A stretch of 64,000 nucleotides of DNA from Octopus sinensis (GCF_006345805.1 NC_043018.1:2790001-2854000); one strand, 5' to 3'. Shown: positions 1 to 13,734, counted from the stretch's first letter. Numbers and translations are program-made. The notes: generated from the letters alone by a model not told the origin.

Positions 1-336
1 TGCTGCAGGTTATAATATATAGTTAGATAATGGCATGGTGATGTCGAAAGATCCTGGAAAATAGTCTTAAATTCTACCATTACATAAATGTACCATAAAG
101 TGTCTTTTTAATGATCTGATTATTTAGAGCATTGGAGAAAATAAGTTGGATATTTAATGGTGTGCGTTCTGATTCTGAGTCGAAATCGCTCTCTGCGTCA
201 ACGTTTAATTCCATCCTATCCAGCTGGTTTTTATTTAAGTCCGATGTTTGATCTCCACATGCAGGAATTTGATGGAAACCGACTCAGACGTAAGTAGCAC
301 ATATAACTTCAGAACAGTGCGACTGGGGTTATACGA

Positions 337-371
<35 letters not shown>

Positions 372-1179
372 CACACATGAGACTAGCAATCTGATTTCCT
401 ACACTGGCATTTCAGGCGCCCATTTCTCGTGAGGATAACTAGAAGTAGCTAGTTACGTTACCTCATATAATTATGACATAACTAGCTCTCATATTATTCA
501 CTCTGTGTTTTCTCACTCTTCCTCTCTCTCTCTCTCTCATACTCACACAATCCCAGATATATATGTGTGTGTGTATGTATACATATGTGTGTGTGCATAT
601 ATATATACACACGTATATATATATATATTTATATATATATATATATATGTATATACATATACATAGATACATAGATACATATATATTATTTATATATGCA
701 AAATTACATATAGTACGTAGGTAATACTCAAATATAGCGTGGATATAATTATATAATAACGTGGGCGTTTGAGTTAGTACTGCAACATAAACGCAACACT
801 CTTGTAAAGATATTTACCATTTGTCCATGTACTTAACCGTTTATCGATATATCGACCTATATCTCACTTTCTTCTTTCTTTTCTGTCCCTATGTATATAT
901 TTATCTTACTGTGTTTCTCCCTATACATTTGTCTATTTATTCGTATACACACACGGGTATATAAATATCGTAGATACGCATACGATGTGCATTGCCGAGG
1001 TTTTGAGTCTTTTGCAAGGAAGGTACTTATAACTGTTCTTAACATAGATGTGATAAGCTGACCTTTTATTGTTTTCGATTAAAGGAGACGGGCTTTACAG
1101 CACTTTGAATACAGCCTGTTAGCCACAGCTTCTCAGAGTCGGCTAGTTGTCAGAATGCTGTCGAAGCATGAAGACTGTT

Positions 1180-1630
1180 CGCTTGCTATATTATTATGTT
1201 TTGCTTTAGACTGAACTGACAGAAACACAGGAAATGCTGAAGACAGCTTATGGATTAACTCGCATGATTCAGGCATGTGTCTTTTGGTAGCACACGAGGT
1301 TCAAGCAGAATGGATACGGGCGAAGTGGGACCTCAGAGCATCAGTGTTGAGTGAGAAAATTTCTCGACCTTTTGAATGAAGGTCGTTGAGTTTCTATGAA
1401 CACAATCGGCGTGCGTTTTGAAGTTAGTGAGTCCACTGTACAAAGTATTATAAAGGCAGATAAGAAGGTGCGAAAAGATTGTACAAAGTTCCTATCTAGA
1501 GTTCTCAGTGACAAGCATGTTATTAACCAACTACTTGGCAGAGAAAGGCATCAAAGTATTTCCGTCAGTGAACTTCGGTTGTTCTCCAAGCTGATGGAGA
1601 ATCTCAGTGGTAGTCATTTTGAGAATACTC
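1180..1630 (+). pseudogene. Decayed, internally deleted mariner-type transposase fragment
   Basis: Translations resemble mariner motifs: MLKTAYG (N-terminal HTH region), FEVSESTVQSII..KVRKDCTKFLSRVLSDKH (cf. RKVCAKFVPRVL) and LFSKLMENLSGSHFE (cf. LFPKLKENLRG..F). Multiple frameshifts. Confidence 0.7.
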
Positions 1631-1869
1631 CTCGCATACGGCACATCCCTCACGTACTGTGCCCTCCACAAATTCTGATTGCTTCTTTGCGTTAACATGT
1701 ACCTTGCAACATTGTAGCCTTTAATCTGATCAAGATATTCTTGCTCTGAAGAGTAACCGGCGATAAACACCTCACGTGGATTTTACCACTTCTGAGATTC
1801 AACTCGCTATGAAATGTATGTAGCGCAGATTTCCCATACTCCATTCCGTAACTCTTGTATTCCTTTTCC

Positions 1870-2221
1870 CCCACTCGCCAACCCTAGTCGCCTACCAAGG
1901 AAATTAATTCTCTAAACGTCCGTCTCAATAAACCACTGTTGTTCCCGAAATATTAAAAAGAAATTTACTACGGATCGCTCGAAGGTAACTTTCTCCTTTC
2001 GATCATGAAACAGGGACAACTGAAGAAAGGGAATATTCTTTATGTTGCATGCCTCATTTCCCTGTTTATTTTTTCTTTGTTTGAAAAAAAGTTCGTTTCT
2101 ATGTTTTCGTTCTCATTGTGTTCAACGATTTTTTATGTCCTGTACCCATATATGTATATATATATATACATATAACATATACATGTAGGTATGTACATAA
2201 TGTGTATATTGCATATTATAT

Positions 2222-2291
<70 letters not shown>

Positions 2292-2556
2292 AGATACATA
2301 CATACATATATACAATATATAGATATATATATTATTAATATATATATATGTAGATATATATATGTATATATATATACATATACATATAGAGATAGAGAGA
2401 GAGAGATAACCGAAGAGATGATGGTGTGGATTTCCACTCGGCATCGAAACTCAGAGTTTTATTTGGTATGAATTAATTGTCACATATTATTTTACAGATA
2501 AATTTCCTCTACATAATACTGAGGTATCTTTCTTTCTTTTGTTATCTTACCGTTTT
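1870..2556 (+). mobile_element. 3' end/pseudo-LTR of a Penelope-like element, with internal (TA)/(GA) tract and a hammerhead motif
   Basis: 1888-1932 reads, with frameshifts, like a GIY-YIG C-terminus (RL.KEIN...RP.LNK). It is followed by a U-rich UTR ending gtcctgtacccata (shared with 41047-41058), a microsatellite, the HHR at 2406-2462 and a short tail. Confidence 0.5.
2406..2462 (+). ncRNA. Minimal type-I hammerhead ribozyme motif (U4C core variant)
   Basis: ATAA-CCGAAGA-GATG(21 nt)CATC-GAAA-CTC-A-GAG-T-T^TTAT. Helix I ATAA/TTAT, helix II GATG/CATC, helix III ACTC/GAGT around 1 nt. Predicted cleavage GUU^ after 2458. Confidence 0.65.
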
Positions 2557-4129
2557 TACCAATGTATATATATATATATATATATTATATAATGATGTAT
2601 ATATGTGTATGCGTGTGTGCGTATGTGTGTGTCTGGCTGTATGAGTGTATATGTGTATATGTAAATATTCAAATTTCTGTAAAGTTTCTGTCTACTGCGT
2701 TGCATTAATATGTGATTGGCTATAGCGAGGCAATTGTAAAATTCCAATTGGCGTGCAATAGAATGGAACCGAGCATCATTTGGTTCCTGAGCAAAGATTT
2801 TAACCATGCCAACGTGAAAACAGAGTGATGTTCATGTTAAGTAACCAGTTCTCTGGAAGTTGAAATACCACTTAAAATATCATCGATGCGTATTGGAAAG
2901 ACGAATATCATTTTTAGAGGTCGTCTGTATTCTTTTAGTATGTCACGTTCCAAGATTTAGAAATCAACAAATCATGACTCGGAATTATGCCATGAATCTC
3001 TTTATTTCATTGTTTCTTTATTTATGTATTTATTAATTTATTTATTTATTCAATCATTTATTCATTTATTTTGTTGTTTTTTTACACTGTTGTATCTCAC
3101 AATTTTCATAGATTTCATAAGAGTGTTCATCGTTATACCCGTGTATCTGTGTCTTTATCTGTATCTGTATTTGTTGTTTCAAACCAGAGTTGTATAGAAA
3201 ACATAATTTCGCCATTTGATAAATATCGAAAAAGAAACAAAGTAATCACATTAAAATATATGTACAGGTGTCTACAATCTCAGTCAAAACACTCGCACAC
3301 TGTGCTCAGGTATGGTCGTTCTTCTATCTGTAAATCCAGTTAGCATATAAATTGATAGCTTTGATTTTTGTTTCTTTTTCTTTTTTTTATTTAAGATGAA
3401 GACACAGTCAAAACAATCTTCAAAAAGCGAAGCGAATCAAAAATATTCACATCCTACTTTTTGTTTTTTCTCATGCTTGCAGTTAATAATTTCTATGGTT
3501 CTTCGCATCACCGTACTACATGTTTACGAAATTAACATGTAAAACACGACTGCCATTACAGGAACTTCGTTTATCCCCCGTCTATTCCAGACTTTGCCGC
3601 CTCCTCCCCTCCGCATCACTTTTTCTCTCTTTCTGATATTCAAAATATTGAATATTTTTTACTCATACAAAAAAATATACACAAATAAAATAAATATCCC
3701 GTACCCTCTCTGACCAAGAACCAAATCTAAAAACGAAAAAGAAAGTAAAGAAAAATAAACGTACGGTGAAGGTTTGAATGATTTCTTTTAAACGAATTTC
3801 CTGTTGTAATATATTCTATAGAATATTAAGGAGGAATCCATTTTATATAAATTCTTGAAATATTCAGCAATATTTTCGGCTTTCAAATGCTTTCAAAAAT
3901 TTCATTTTGCTATCTTTACCTTTATTTTGAATATATTTTTTGTTTTACATTAAAAATTTATTTTTGCTTAATTTTCTTTTTAATTTAGAGTATTTATTAT
4001 TGTTTATATATATACATGATTTTTTTTGCTATATTTCATTTTTTTAAAACCATATTCCTTACGATTTATTTTTGAATATTTTTTCAATAGTTTTTATTTT
4101 TTAAATATTGAAATATTATATTTCCTAAT

Positions 4130-4146
4130 TTCTTCTTCTTCTTCTT

Positions 4147-4177
<31 letters not shown>

Positions 4178-4213
4178 TTCTTATTCTTATTATTATTATT
4201 ATTATTATTATTC

Positions 4214-4248
<35 letters not shown>

Positions 4249-4349
4249 TATGTTGAAACTGCTGTTGTTTTTGCTGTTATTATCATCAACTTTATTACCG
4301 TTACTATCATTACCGTTGCTGCTATTACTACTACTACTACTAGTACTAA

Positions 4350-4394
<45 letters not shown>

Positions 4395-4451
4395 CAATTG
4401 TACCACTACTAGTGCGGTTTAAATTGCTTCCACTGCTATTTCTCTATTACG

Positions 4452-4513
<62 letters not shown>

Positions 4514-4530
4514 CATTATTATTATTATCG
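4130..4530. repeat. Compound trinucleotide microsatellite (CTT)n-(ATT)n-(ACT)n-(ATT)n
   Basis: Directly visible; explains the poly-S/Y/L ORFs. Confidence 0.95.
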
Positions 4531-5119
4531 CTATTTCTTTTTATTTATGTCTTTACATGAAAAGGCATGATTTAATTATTGATATAGGAAATTTCGGGTT
4601 GGAATAAATAGCCATTTAAAAACTTCTGATCAACAGACATGATGTAGCCAACAGCTATTTTCATTTACGGTAGTTGTTTTTTTCTATATATTATTTTCGT
4701 CTTATTTTTTAAAAATTACTTTCATATACTTTTTTCATGTTTTGTCTCTTTTAATTTGCGTTCTTGAATATGCAAATAGTCTCTGCTTCTTACGTTGTAT
4801 TTAATTTTTTTTGTTGTTGTTCTTATTAATATTGTTTGAAACTGACTGTGTGATAAACTTGCATATCAAATATAAAAGAAAAGAAAATGAAATATTGAAA
4901 TGTTGAAAATAGCTGAAAACTGCAAATCAATTCTTTACGTTCTAAAATGTGTCTTCTCTTCTTTCTGTCTGCACACACACACACACACAAACACACACAC
5001 ATGTAAAAAATATTAAGCGACAGGAAGAGTCGCATTCATATATATATATATATATATTATATATATTATATATATATGTATAATGTATATGTTGTATATG
5101 TATTAATGTATGTATTATG

Positions 5120-5153
<34 letters not shown>

Positions 5154-5566
5154 AAGAGAATAGAGAAAAAGCATTCGTGTATATACATATATGTGTGTGC
5201 GTATAAATATATATATATAAGTGTGCGTGTATAAATATATATATATACGTGTGTGTATATGTATGCATGTACGTTAATATAAATAGGTCTATCGGGGGGG
5301 GTGAGACGGAGATGCAACATGAGTGTATACGTTTATTGTACAAAACGTAGTGATTTGGTCAATTTGCATGTAACTGCATAGGTATTTACATGCAAACATG
5401 GTACAGAGACAGTTTGGTAGGGGATAAATATTTATGTAAATAAATACACGCTTATATATGCCATTGACTACAATCACAAGCACACAGTCATGTGTATGTA
5501 TATCAATGTGTACATATATACAATTAGATTTATATAGATATATATATGTCACACACACACACACAC

Positions 5567-5602
<36 letters not shown>

Positions 5603-5874
5603 ATGTATGTGTGTGAAATGTACCTATATATATATATATTATATATATAATATATAATATATATATGCATATTTGTATGTATATTTTATGTATATGTATG
5701 TGCGGTATCTATGTTTACCCGATCCTTACTGAAACGGATTGGTGAAAATTCCGATCAAAAAATGCTGCACTTTGTTAACAAGCTGCATGCATACTATAAT
5801 TTTGCGTTTCGTTGATCAAATGCAGAAAGCAGAATTAACACACTTTCGTGTTCAGATATAAGTAATCATATTTA

Positions 5875-6285
5875 CAGATAGACAGACAGACAGATAGATA
5901 AATATATAGATATATAGAAAGATAGTTAGATAGATGCATGATATATATAATATATATATAGATAGAGAGAGAGAGATGATGATAGAAGACAGATATTATA
6001 TATATATATATCAGATAATATTATATATAATATATATTATATATATAAGATATAGATAGATAGTAGATAGATATAGATAGATAGGTAGATAGATAGATAG
6101 ATAGATAGTATAGATAGAAGATATAGATGATAGATAGATAGATATAGATATAGATAGATAAGATAGATAGATAGATAGATAGATCGATAGAGTAGATAGA
6201 TAGATAGATAGATAGCTAGATGATAGATAGATAGATAGACAGATAGATAGATAGATCTATAGATAAGATTGATAGATAGATGTTC
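5875..6285. repeat. (GATA)n/(TA)n compound microsatellite
   Basis: Directly visible. Confidence 0.95.
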
Positions 6286-8449
6286 GTATATATAATTTCA
6301 TTAATGTTTGAGCGTTGCTATATTTAAAAGTATATGGTATGATATATTTTACCAATATAGATATCCAGTGAATCCAAATGATTGTAAGGCGAATACAAGC
6401 ATGCATAGGTAGTAATTTGTTTAAGTTATGTGCTTCATAAACACCAAGACTAGTACCCAGTCACCTTTTCGGGAACATCGTACATGTTTTTCTACCATAA
6501 ACTCGAATTGCTTACCAACTGAAGATTAAATATATTTGGCTTGATTTTGATTCACAAATTTGATGACATAGCATGGTTTCTTGAGCCAAAAATACATTGA
6601 TAAAAGGTAGAATCAATGAAAGAATACCAAAATAGAAATAGCTTCTTATATGAAGGATAAAATACATTGAATGCGATAATTTCTGACTCTGTGAAGTGTC
6701 GTACACTATATATAATAAATTGTGCACAAGTTACTCCAGAATCGCAAATTATCGCCTTTTCCAACTCCTACACCCAGTGGATGTTCCAATTTGTCATACT
6801 TTTATTGTTCCCCTCTTTTATCATCTTACTTTCAATAAATGACTTCAACCACCACTCATCTATCTTCAAGCTGTGAAATTCATCTAAAATTTATAACTCA
6901 GTTGTGCACAAGACATCTATAATATTATCAACAAGTACATCTATTAACTGACATATTTTTTAATGTCCCACGAAATCTCATGAGAGAAGGTATAGTTCAT
7001 GTATTTCTCGCATCTGTCCAACCAGGTCTTTATACTCCTCTTGCACAAGAGTGATGTTTCCTGCTTTTTTACTACTCTTTTACAGAAATTCCGTAAATTT
7101 AGTCGTACTAAAAAAAAATATTTTAAATTGTAAAGAATCTGTTCGACACTCTGATTTTATCCCACTTGGAGATTGCCTCATTTTCCAATTGAGTCGTGAT
7201 GGTCTCGTGTGGTGAAACTGGTTGTTGCGAAATCTTTTATGAAATCCCGTATGCTGTATTATATATGCAATTTAAGAAAGATAATACTTCATGAGAAACT
7301 TTGCCACGTTGATTGTTTTTCAGAATTACCTCATTGGTACAGGTGCCTGTGGAATGATTCCGTAGCTGATATAATTAAATCACCGTGGTGTGAAACATTT
7401 GGGGAGAATCATGAAAATATTACATGTTAGCAAAGCAATCGTAAAATATTCGTTATGTTGTAATATAATATAACACACAGTTATTACATATATGGTTCAA
7501 TGCGGGGTTTCATGAGCGATTAAACATTCAAACAAACGAGAGATGATTGAATGAACTCAGTGCAACTTTTATAATATAATCTAAAGAAATCAAACTTATA
7601 TAGAATTTTAACAATTAATACATCTAGATATCAGAGAACTGGATATTGTAATAAGATATTGCTATATTTGATATGAAATTAGGCCCAAGTTATTGATATT
7701 ACGTTGCAGGATTCACATCAAGGGAGAAGAAAACGTTTGGCAAATATCAGAATCACAATTGCGAATGTACAATTATTTCATCATTATGATTGTACTCTCA
7801 TATAATCCGAGCTACATTGCTAGAAATTACCTATAATAATTTTGATAAATATTTATCTCCGCAAGAAATTACAATACGAATAGAATACAGCAGCTTAGTG
7901 CTGCTGCTGTGTCTTGACACTGTAGCAGCGAGAAATAGCTCGAACAACGCGCAGCGTATTGCATATTTTCGTGAGATGGATTAAAGCTTTATTGAGATGA
8001 TATGAAACTTGCATTAAGACAAATACTAACATGTGATTTTCCGGATCCAATGGAGAATTATATTTGGAAAATTCTGTTAGAAAGAGATAACAGAATGATT
8101 GAAAATATCATAATAAATATTAGAAAACATATAAAACATCTCTTCGGAGATAAAATATATTGGTAATTATCCGAGTATCCACGTGCGATTATGTTTTATT
8201 ATTTTTTACTTTACTTGTGGCATTTTCATGGAATATAAAACGAAAGAAATCACAAGCAAAAACACAATAAATACTATTTAATATAAAAAAAAGAATATTA
8301 GAGATATGTAACATAAAACTAAGGGATAAAAATGAATGTAATAAAATCCATTGCGATTCAATGTTGAATTCAGCGAGAATTTATTTAAAAATATAACCAT
8401 GACAGCAAACACACGCGTGCGCATATACACTTATAAGTGTGAGTGTTCG

Positions 8450-8492
<43 letters not shown>

Positions 8493-8494
<2 letters not shown>

Positions 8495-8690
8495 TTTATT
8501 TAAAGCAGCAGAAAATTCAACAAAAACTGTACTCTGAGTTTCACGTTGCCGTTCGTCGAACGTGAAACTCAGAGTAACAGGTTTTGTTGAATTTTCTGGC
8601 TTTAAATAAAGCATATTACTCTACCACTGGTCTTTGAGTACTCTTTTTTCCACCTTGTTTCGCATTTATGTGTTTACTCCGGTATATATA
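8493..8690 (+). mobile_element. Penelope-like terminal fragment with an inverted duplication (~55-bp palindrome arms) carrying broken HHR halves
   Basis: tttatttaaagc...actctgagtttcacgtt / aacgtgaaactcagagt...gctttaaataaa, then a tail ending in (TA)n. Same family as 37700-37915 in the opposite orientation. Confidence 0.65.
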
Positions 8691-9013
8691 TATATATATA
8701 CATGTATATATATATATATTATATATATTATTATATATATATACACGGGTTGTGAGGGGTTAAAAAATAAAAAAGTGAGATGAAGAGAGAGAGAGAGAGA
8801 GAGAGATACTTCTTGGGTCGTAGGCGCTGCCGTTAACGATTTCTAGATGCAACCAGTCTGCGTGAGAAAGAGTGAATGTTGTCTCCGTAGCGGCCACCTC
8901 AGTCGCGGACTTGCATGCGAGTGAACTCCACAGAAAACAAAACGGTGCCGTTTCCAGGTAGTAGCATTAATTTGGTCTATCATTTGAAGGCAAACCTAAA
9001 TGCACGCACGCAT

Positions 9014-9052
<39 letters not shown>

Positions 9053-9297
9053 TAAACGCATATATGCGTGTTTGTGACGACGTGTACTGGTGTGTATATG
9101 TAAGTGCGTATATGTGAGTGTGTATATGTGTGTGTGGAGGCGAAAAGCTGCTGGATACGCTGTAGTAAAGGTGTATTCAATTGGTTTGCAGCTGGTAATC
9201 TAGTCCCGAGTTACTCAGGGATTTCTTTCTCTATGCCACCTCGCAATACCCTGCGACTAAGAAACACAGATGCGCACCATAAGCCTCGAGCAACTAT

Positions 9298-9452
9298 TGG
9301 CTGTGTGGTAAGTAGCTTGCTAACCAACCACATGGTTCCGGGTTCAGTCCCACTGCGTGGCATCTTGGGCAAGTGTCTTCTGCTATAGCCCCGGGCCGAC
9401 CAATGCCTTGTGAGTGGATTTGGTAGACGGAAACTGAAAGAAGCCTGTCGTA

Positions 9453-9495
<43 letters not shown>

Positions 9496-9724
9496 ATGTT
9501 TGTGTGTTGTGTTTGCCCCCCTCACCCAACATCGCTTCACAACCGATGCTGGTGTGTTTACGTCCCCGTCACTTAGCGGTTCGGCAAAAGAGACCGATAG
9601 AATAAGTACTGGGCTTACAAAGAATAAGTCCCGGGGTCGAGTTGCTCGATTAAAGGCGGTGCTCCAGCATGGCCGCAGTCAAATGACTGAAACAAGTAAA
9701 AGAGTAAAAGAGTAAAAAGAGAGT
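9298..9724 (+). mobile_element. tRNA-derived SINE family A, near full length, with internal (TA)n(TG)n tract and (GTAAAAGA)n tail
   Basis: A-box TGGCTGTGTGG, B-box GGTTCAGTCCC, conserved body, repeated tail; at least 9 related copies in the window. Confidence 0.9.
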
Positions 9725-10813
9725 ACTTCTATGAGTTTACCTGGGAATATACGTAAGGAAGTACACCTTCACGGGAATGTGAATGAAGCGCCATACCCTC
9801 TGAAGCGTGACGAACTACGAGCTGCAACGAAACTTGAAATCTACACCACATTTCTTTCCATGAAATTTTCTCTAGATCCCCACATAAACTATTCCTGCCT
9901 ATGTATACTCTAACTTATACACCTTATATTTTGTCTCCGATGACAGAGTACCCAGTATATGGAAATGTCGATCTACCCGTTGACCCATTACCTGGAATGT
10001 CCTTGTAAGACACTATTATATCATTTTCATTTTTTTTTGTTTTTGCTTTCTTAGATTCTCCACTAAACTAATTTAAATGAACTAAGCTTGTCTTGCCTTG
10101 ATTTTGTTTTCTTTTCCTTTAAATTAAATGTCTCTATGTGTGGGTGTGTTTACAGGGCGATGATAAATTCTAGATACATGGGAAACGGTGCTAATATTAT
10201 TGTGTAATGGCATACTTCCTCATCAGTCATTAGTTTTCTAAATATTTTGTTTTCTATGAGATGCCGAAGGAGAAGACGAAACGAGTGCCTATCACAATGC
10301 ATCACAAATGAAAGTGCTGAAGGTGAGGAACATGTAGAATTACTGCATCAGATTCATGTATGTTTCGCAAAATACAGACACTTTTATATCATCCACGGTG
10401 AAAAATGTTATTCATTTACAGAATTAAATAAAATTATTGTAATTATACATTTCCACAAGCTCTTCAAAACCTCAAGTACACTCTGTATATTCACACGCAC
10501 AAACACAGACGCAAACGCGCGCGCACACACATACACATACACACATATACACACACGCACACCTCCACAAACAGCCCCCCTCAAACACCCCCACAAACAC
10601 GCATGCATACACGCACGTAGATACACTCACATGTATATATATATACATATAAATATATATATGAGTGTATGCGTGTAACAATTTACATATGTATTCATAT
10701 ATATGTACTTATACATGCTTATGTGTATGTATATGTATACGTATATATGCATACATATATGTGTGCGTGCTCGTTTGCGTGTATGTTTGTAAGCATGTGT
10801 ATATGTATGTTTG

Positions 10814-10849
<36 letters not shown>

Positions 10850-10851
10850 TG

Positions 10852-10993
10852 CAGCACGGATTTTTGTCAGTGAACAGGTCGCGGATTTTAGCGAGAAAAA
10901 TATTTTGACAAATTAAACTTAAATGTTGAAGTGAATCGAACGGCTTTTGTGTGTTTCTTAAATGGCTTACAAACACCTTCCACACTGCAATTG

Positions 10994-10995
<2 letters not shown>
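10852..10995 (+). mobile_element. Partial copy of the MITE at 41125-41392
   Basis: Shares the right TIR (..aatggcttacaaa..cttccacactgcaa) and the internal gtgaacaggtcgc segment. Confidence 0.65.
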
Positions 10996-11029
<34 letters not shown>

Positions 11030-11389
11030 TATACAAAATCGTGTATATTCAAGGACAACACAATACTGCCTTCAACAGGCAGCAGTGAAAACCACCAAAA
11101 CCACAGTTAAGAGCAATCTTCAAAAGGAATGAAAATATTGATTTTTACCTTGTTATTTATTTCAGTTAGGCCTAGGTTACTAAATATTTTAGCAAATAAA
11201 ATAATTTGTTTGGCGAAATTTTTCATCGGTGACCACACCATAACAGTAACATATAATTAAGAGACTATTAACACATGTCTCTTCGTTATACACTTTAAAT
11301 TTTCAAATTCACCGCGCAAGAGCAGTATCAATCAGTCGGCAGTAAATCAATGACTGCTGAACAAATCTTTTAAAAGTTTTACGTATGCA

Positions 11390-11580
<191 letters not shown>

Positions 11581-11869
11581 TGTGTGTGTGGTGTGTTATG
11601 TATTTATGTATATATGTTTGTATATAGAGCGAGAGAGATATTCATATAAACTAAATGCGTCACGAAAAGAGCGTAATATGTAACAGTTTAAAAAAAAAAG
11701 ACGTCTAATTACTTGCAATTTAAATATTTGATGTAACGAAGTCCGCCTTACATCCAAGAGAGATACATAAAAATCTCTAGTGTCAACTACAACTAACACA
11801 AAATAAAACAGATTCATGAAATCAACTAATGAATATGACATGAAGGAAGAGATATTGGGATAGCGATAT

Positions 11870-12030
11870 TTCACCTCTCGTTACGTTCTGAGTTCAAATC
11901 CCGCCGAGGTCGACCTTGGCTTTCAACCATTCGGAGTCGATAAATTAGGTAACATTTACGTACTGGGGTCGATCTAATCGACTGACCACATCCCACCAAA
12001 TTTCGAGCCTTGTACCTAGAGTAGAGAAGA
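11870..12030 (+). mobile_element. SINE family B (central domain ccgaggtcgac..tttcatcctttcggggtcgataaa, Nin/Deu-domain-like)
   Basis: B-box GAGTTCAAATCC plus the conserved central domain shared with many copies in the window. The domain name is from memory. Confidence 0.85.
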
Positions 12031-12231
12031 ATTTTGATATTTAGTGTTAGCGCAGAGTTTGTTCTACTTTAGCACAAGTAGAAAAAAAAAAACTAGTCAC
12101 AGGAAACTATTACAGATACTGCTGGAAATTTGTCTATAAGATTTAATAATCGAAGACAGAATACTGCAACTGGTGTCTTTACACACATTATATACTTTAT
12201 AAGCATTGATCTCTTTCTCTCGTCTCTCTCC

Positions 12232-12271
<40 letters not shown>

Positions 12272-13116
12272 TATGCATATATATATATGTGTGTGTGTGT
12301 GTGGAAGTTTGAAAAGGAACACACGAGTTGATATATATATATGGAAGTAAGTGAAGGTAGAAAATGCCGATATCAATAAACCATTCCAGGGTATTTCTTT
12401 CAGCAATATGTTTGCTATCCTACCTGCGAGATATAGATATGAAAGAAATATTTAATAAAAAAAAAGACACATCAATGTATTATTAAACTATTTCAATGTG
12501 ACTCATTTATTGATAATATATATTCTAAAATTTATGAATAATTTGTTTTATTTAATAATTACTTTACTTAATTGGCCAGAAAAATATTTCATGTCAAAAC
12601 CCTCAGAATTTTGAACAAAAAATAAATGAAACGATCGAGAGTAGGTGCATTGAAGTATTAAAGCAATAAAGCAAATAAGGAACGTGACCAAAATAGTAAC
12701 CAAAATAGTAATATGAAATCTTTTTGCTTGATTGATATGATGATTGGTGAGAATGATGGCAGTGATATTGCACAAAAAGGCCTTTTTAACTTGATCCAAG
12801 TATCAGCATGCTTTCCATTAGACTCCGCACCTTTCTTTCAAGTAAAAGCTGCAGGTACATCAAAGGGGACAAATAGCCATTAAAACAAATTGACGTTCAT
12901 GAAACCGATTGCATAAAACCCGCTATCATACTCCACCCACCAACGAAAAAAAAATAAAAAAAAGAAGACACGGGTCTGAAATATCCCGCGTATGCTATGT
13001 GGCAGATAATCATAGAATTTGATACATAATCACGTCGCTGCTGCCAGTAAAATTATTCCGAAAAAGCTTAGAAACTACCCAATACATACATATATGCATA
13101 AAACGCACGCATACGC

Positions 13117-13155
<39 letters not shown>

Positions 13156-13734
13156 TAAGCGTTCTAAAGGTTGAACGTCATGGATTTAAAAGTAGCCCTT
13201 CTAGCAGATAAAAAAATAAAGTAGAAAATAACGAGAAGCATAAAATCTCATAAAATTCTTATGATAACCAATCCTCACAGAGAGAATTTATTTTTGTTTT
13301 CAGACATTTTCCACCAGGGTGGATGAACAATATGCTGACAGGTATTTTCAGTCGATACAAATGCAACAGAGAAATGTGAAAATGGGGACAAATAAATGAG
13401 GTTCAACACAGAAACTAACTCATAAAACTGATCTCACAGAAGTATTTTAAAGTAGCATATAAAGCTTAAACGTAAATATTTTTGTATATTTATGTGTGTG
13501 TGTGTGTGTGTGTTTGTGAATGTTTTTATGCGTGTCTGCGTGTGTGTGTATGTGTGGATAGGTCAGTAGATAGTTGTCATAGATAGAGATAGATAGATGG
13601 AGAGAGAGAGAGATAGATAGTTTGGGAGAAAGAAACAAACAATTAAACATACATAGTGTGTATCTATCTTCCTCTTAATTGAACGTAACAAACATTAATT
13701 TTATAAGAATCATTTGTTCTATCGCAGGATCTAC

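Noticed and set aside
2005-2050. GAAAC...CTGAAGA-AAGGG-AATATT-CTTT
   Set aside because: The core half is present, but no GAAA follows helix II and no helix I/III can be drawn.
6512-7100. Complex minus-strand stretch with partial open frames
   Set aside because: Multiple stops and no recognisable motif; probably an old TE, but I cannot assign it.
8956-8964. AGGTAGTAG, a let-7-like core
   Set aside because: Lacks the rest of the mature sequence and a precursor hairpin.
9211-9715. Recurrent peptides such as RQASFSFRLPNPLTRHWSARG and GSAKETDRIST (also at 30332, 37160, 37473)
   Set aside because: They recur only because they are translations of SINE family A on either strand.
12548-12799. Hydrophobic ORF resembling a GPCR TM6 (TILVTILVTFLICF)
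   Set aside because: The similarity comes largely from a 12-bp tandem duplication (ccaaaatagtaa x2); there are no other TM segments or convincing splice sites.
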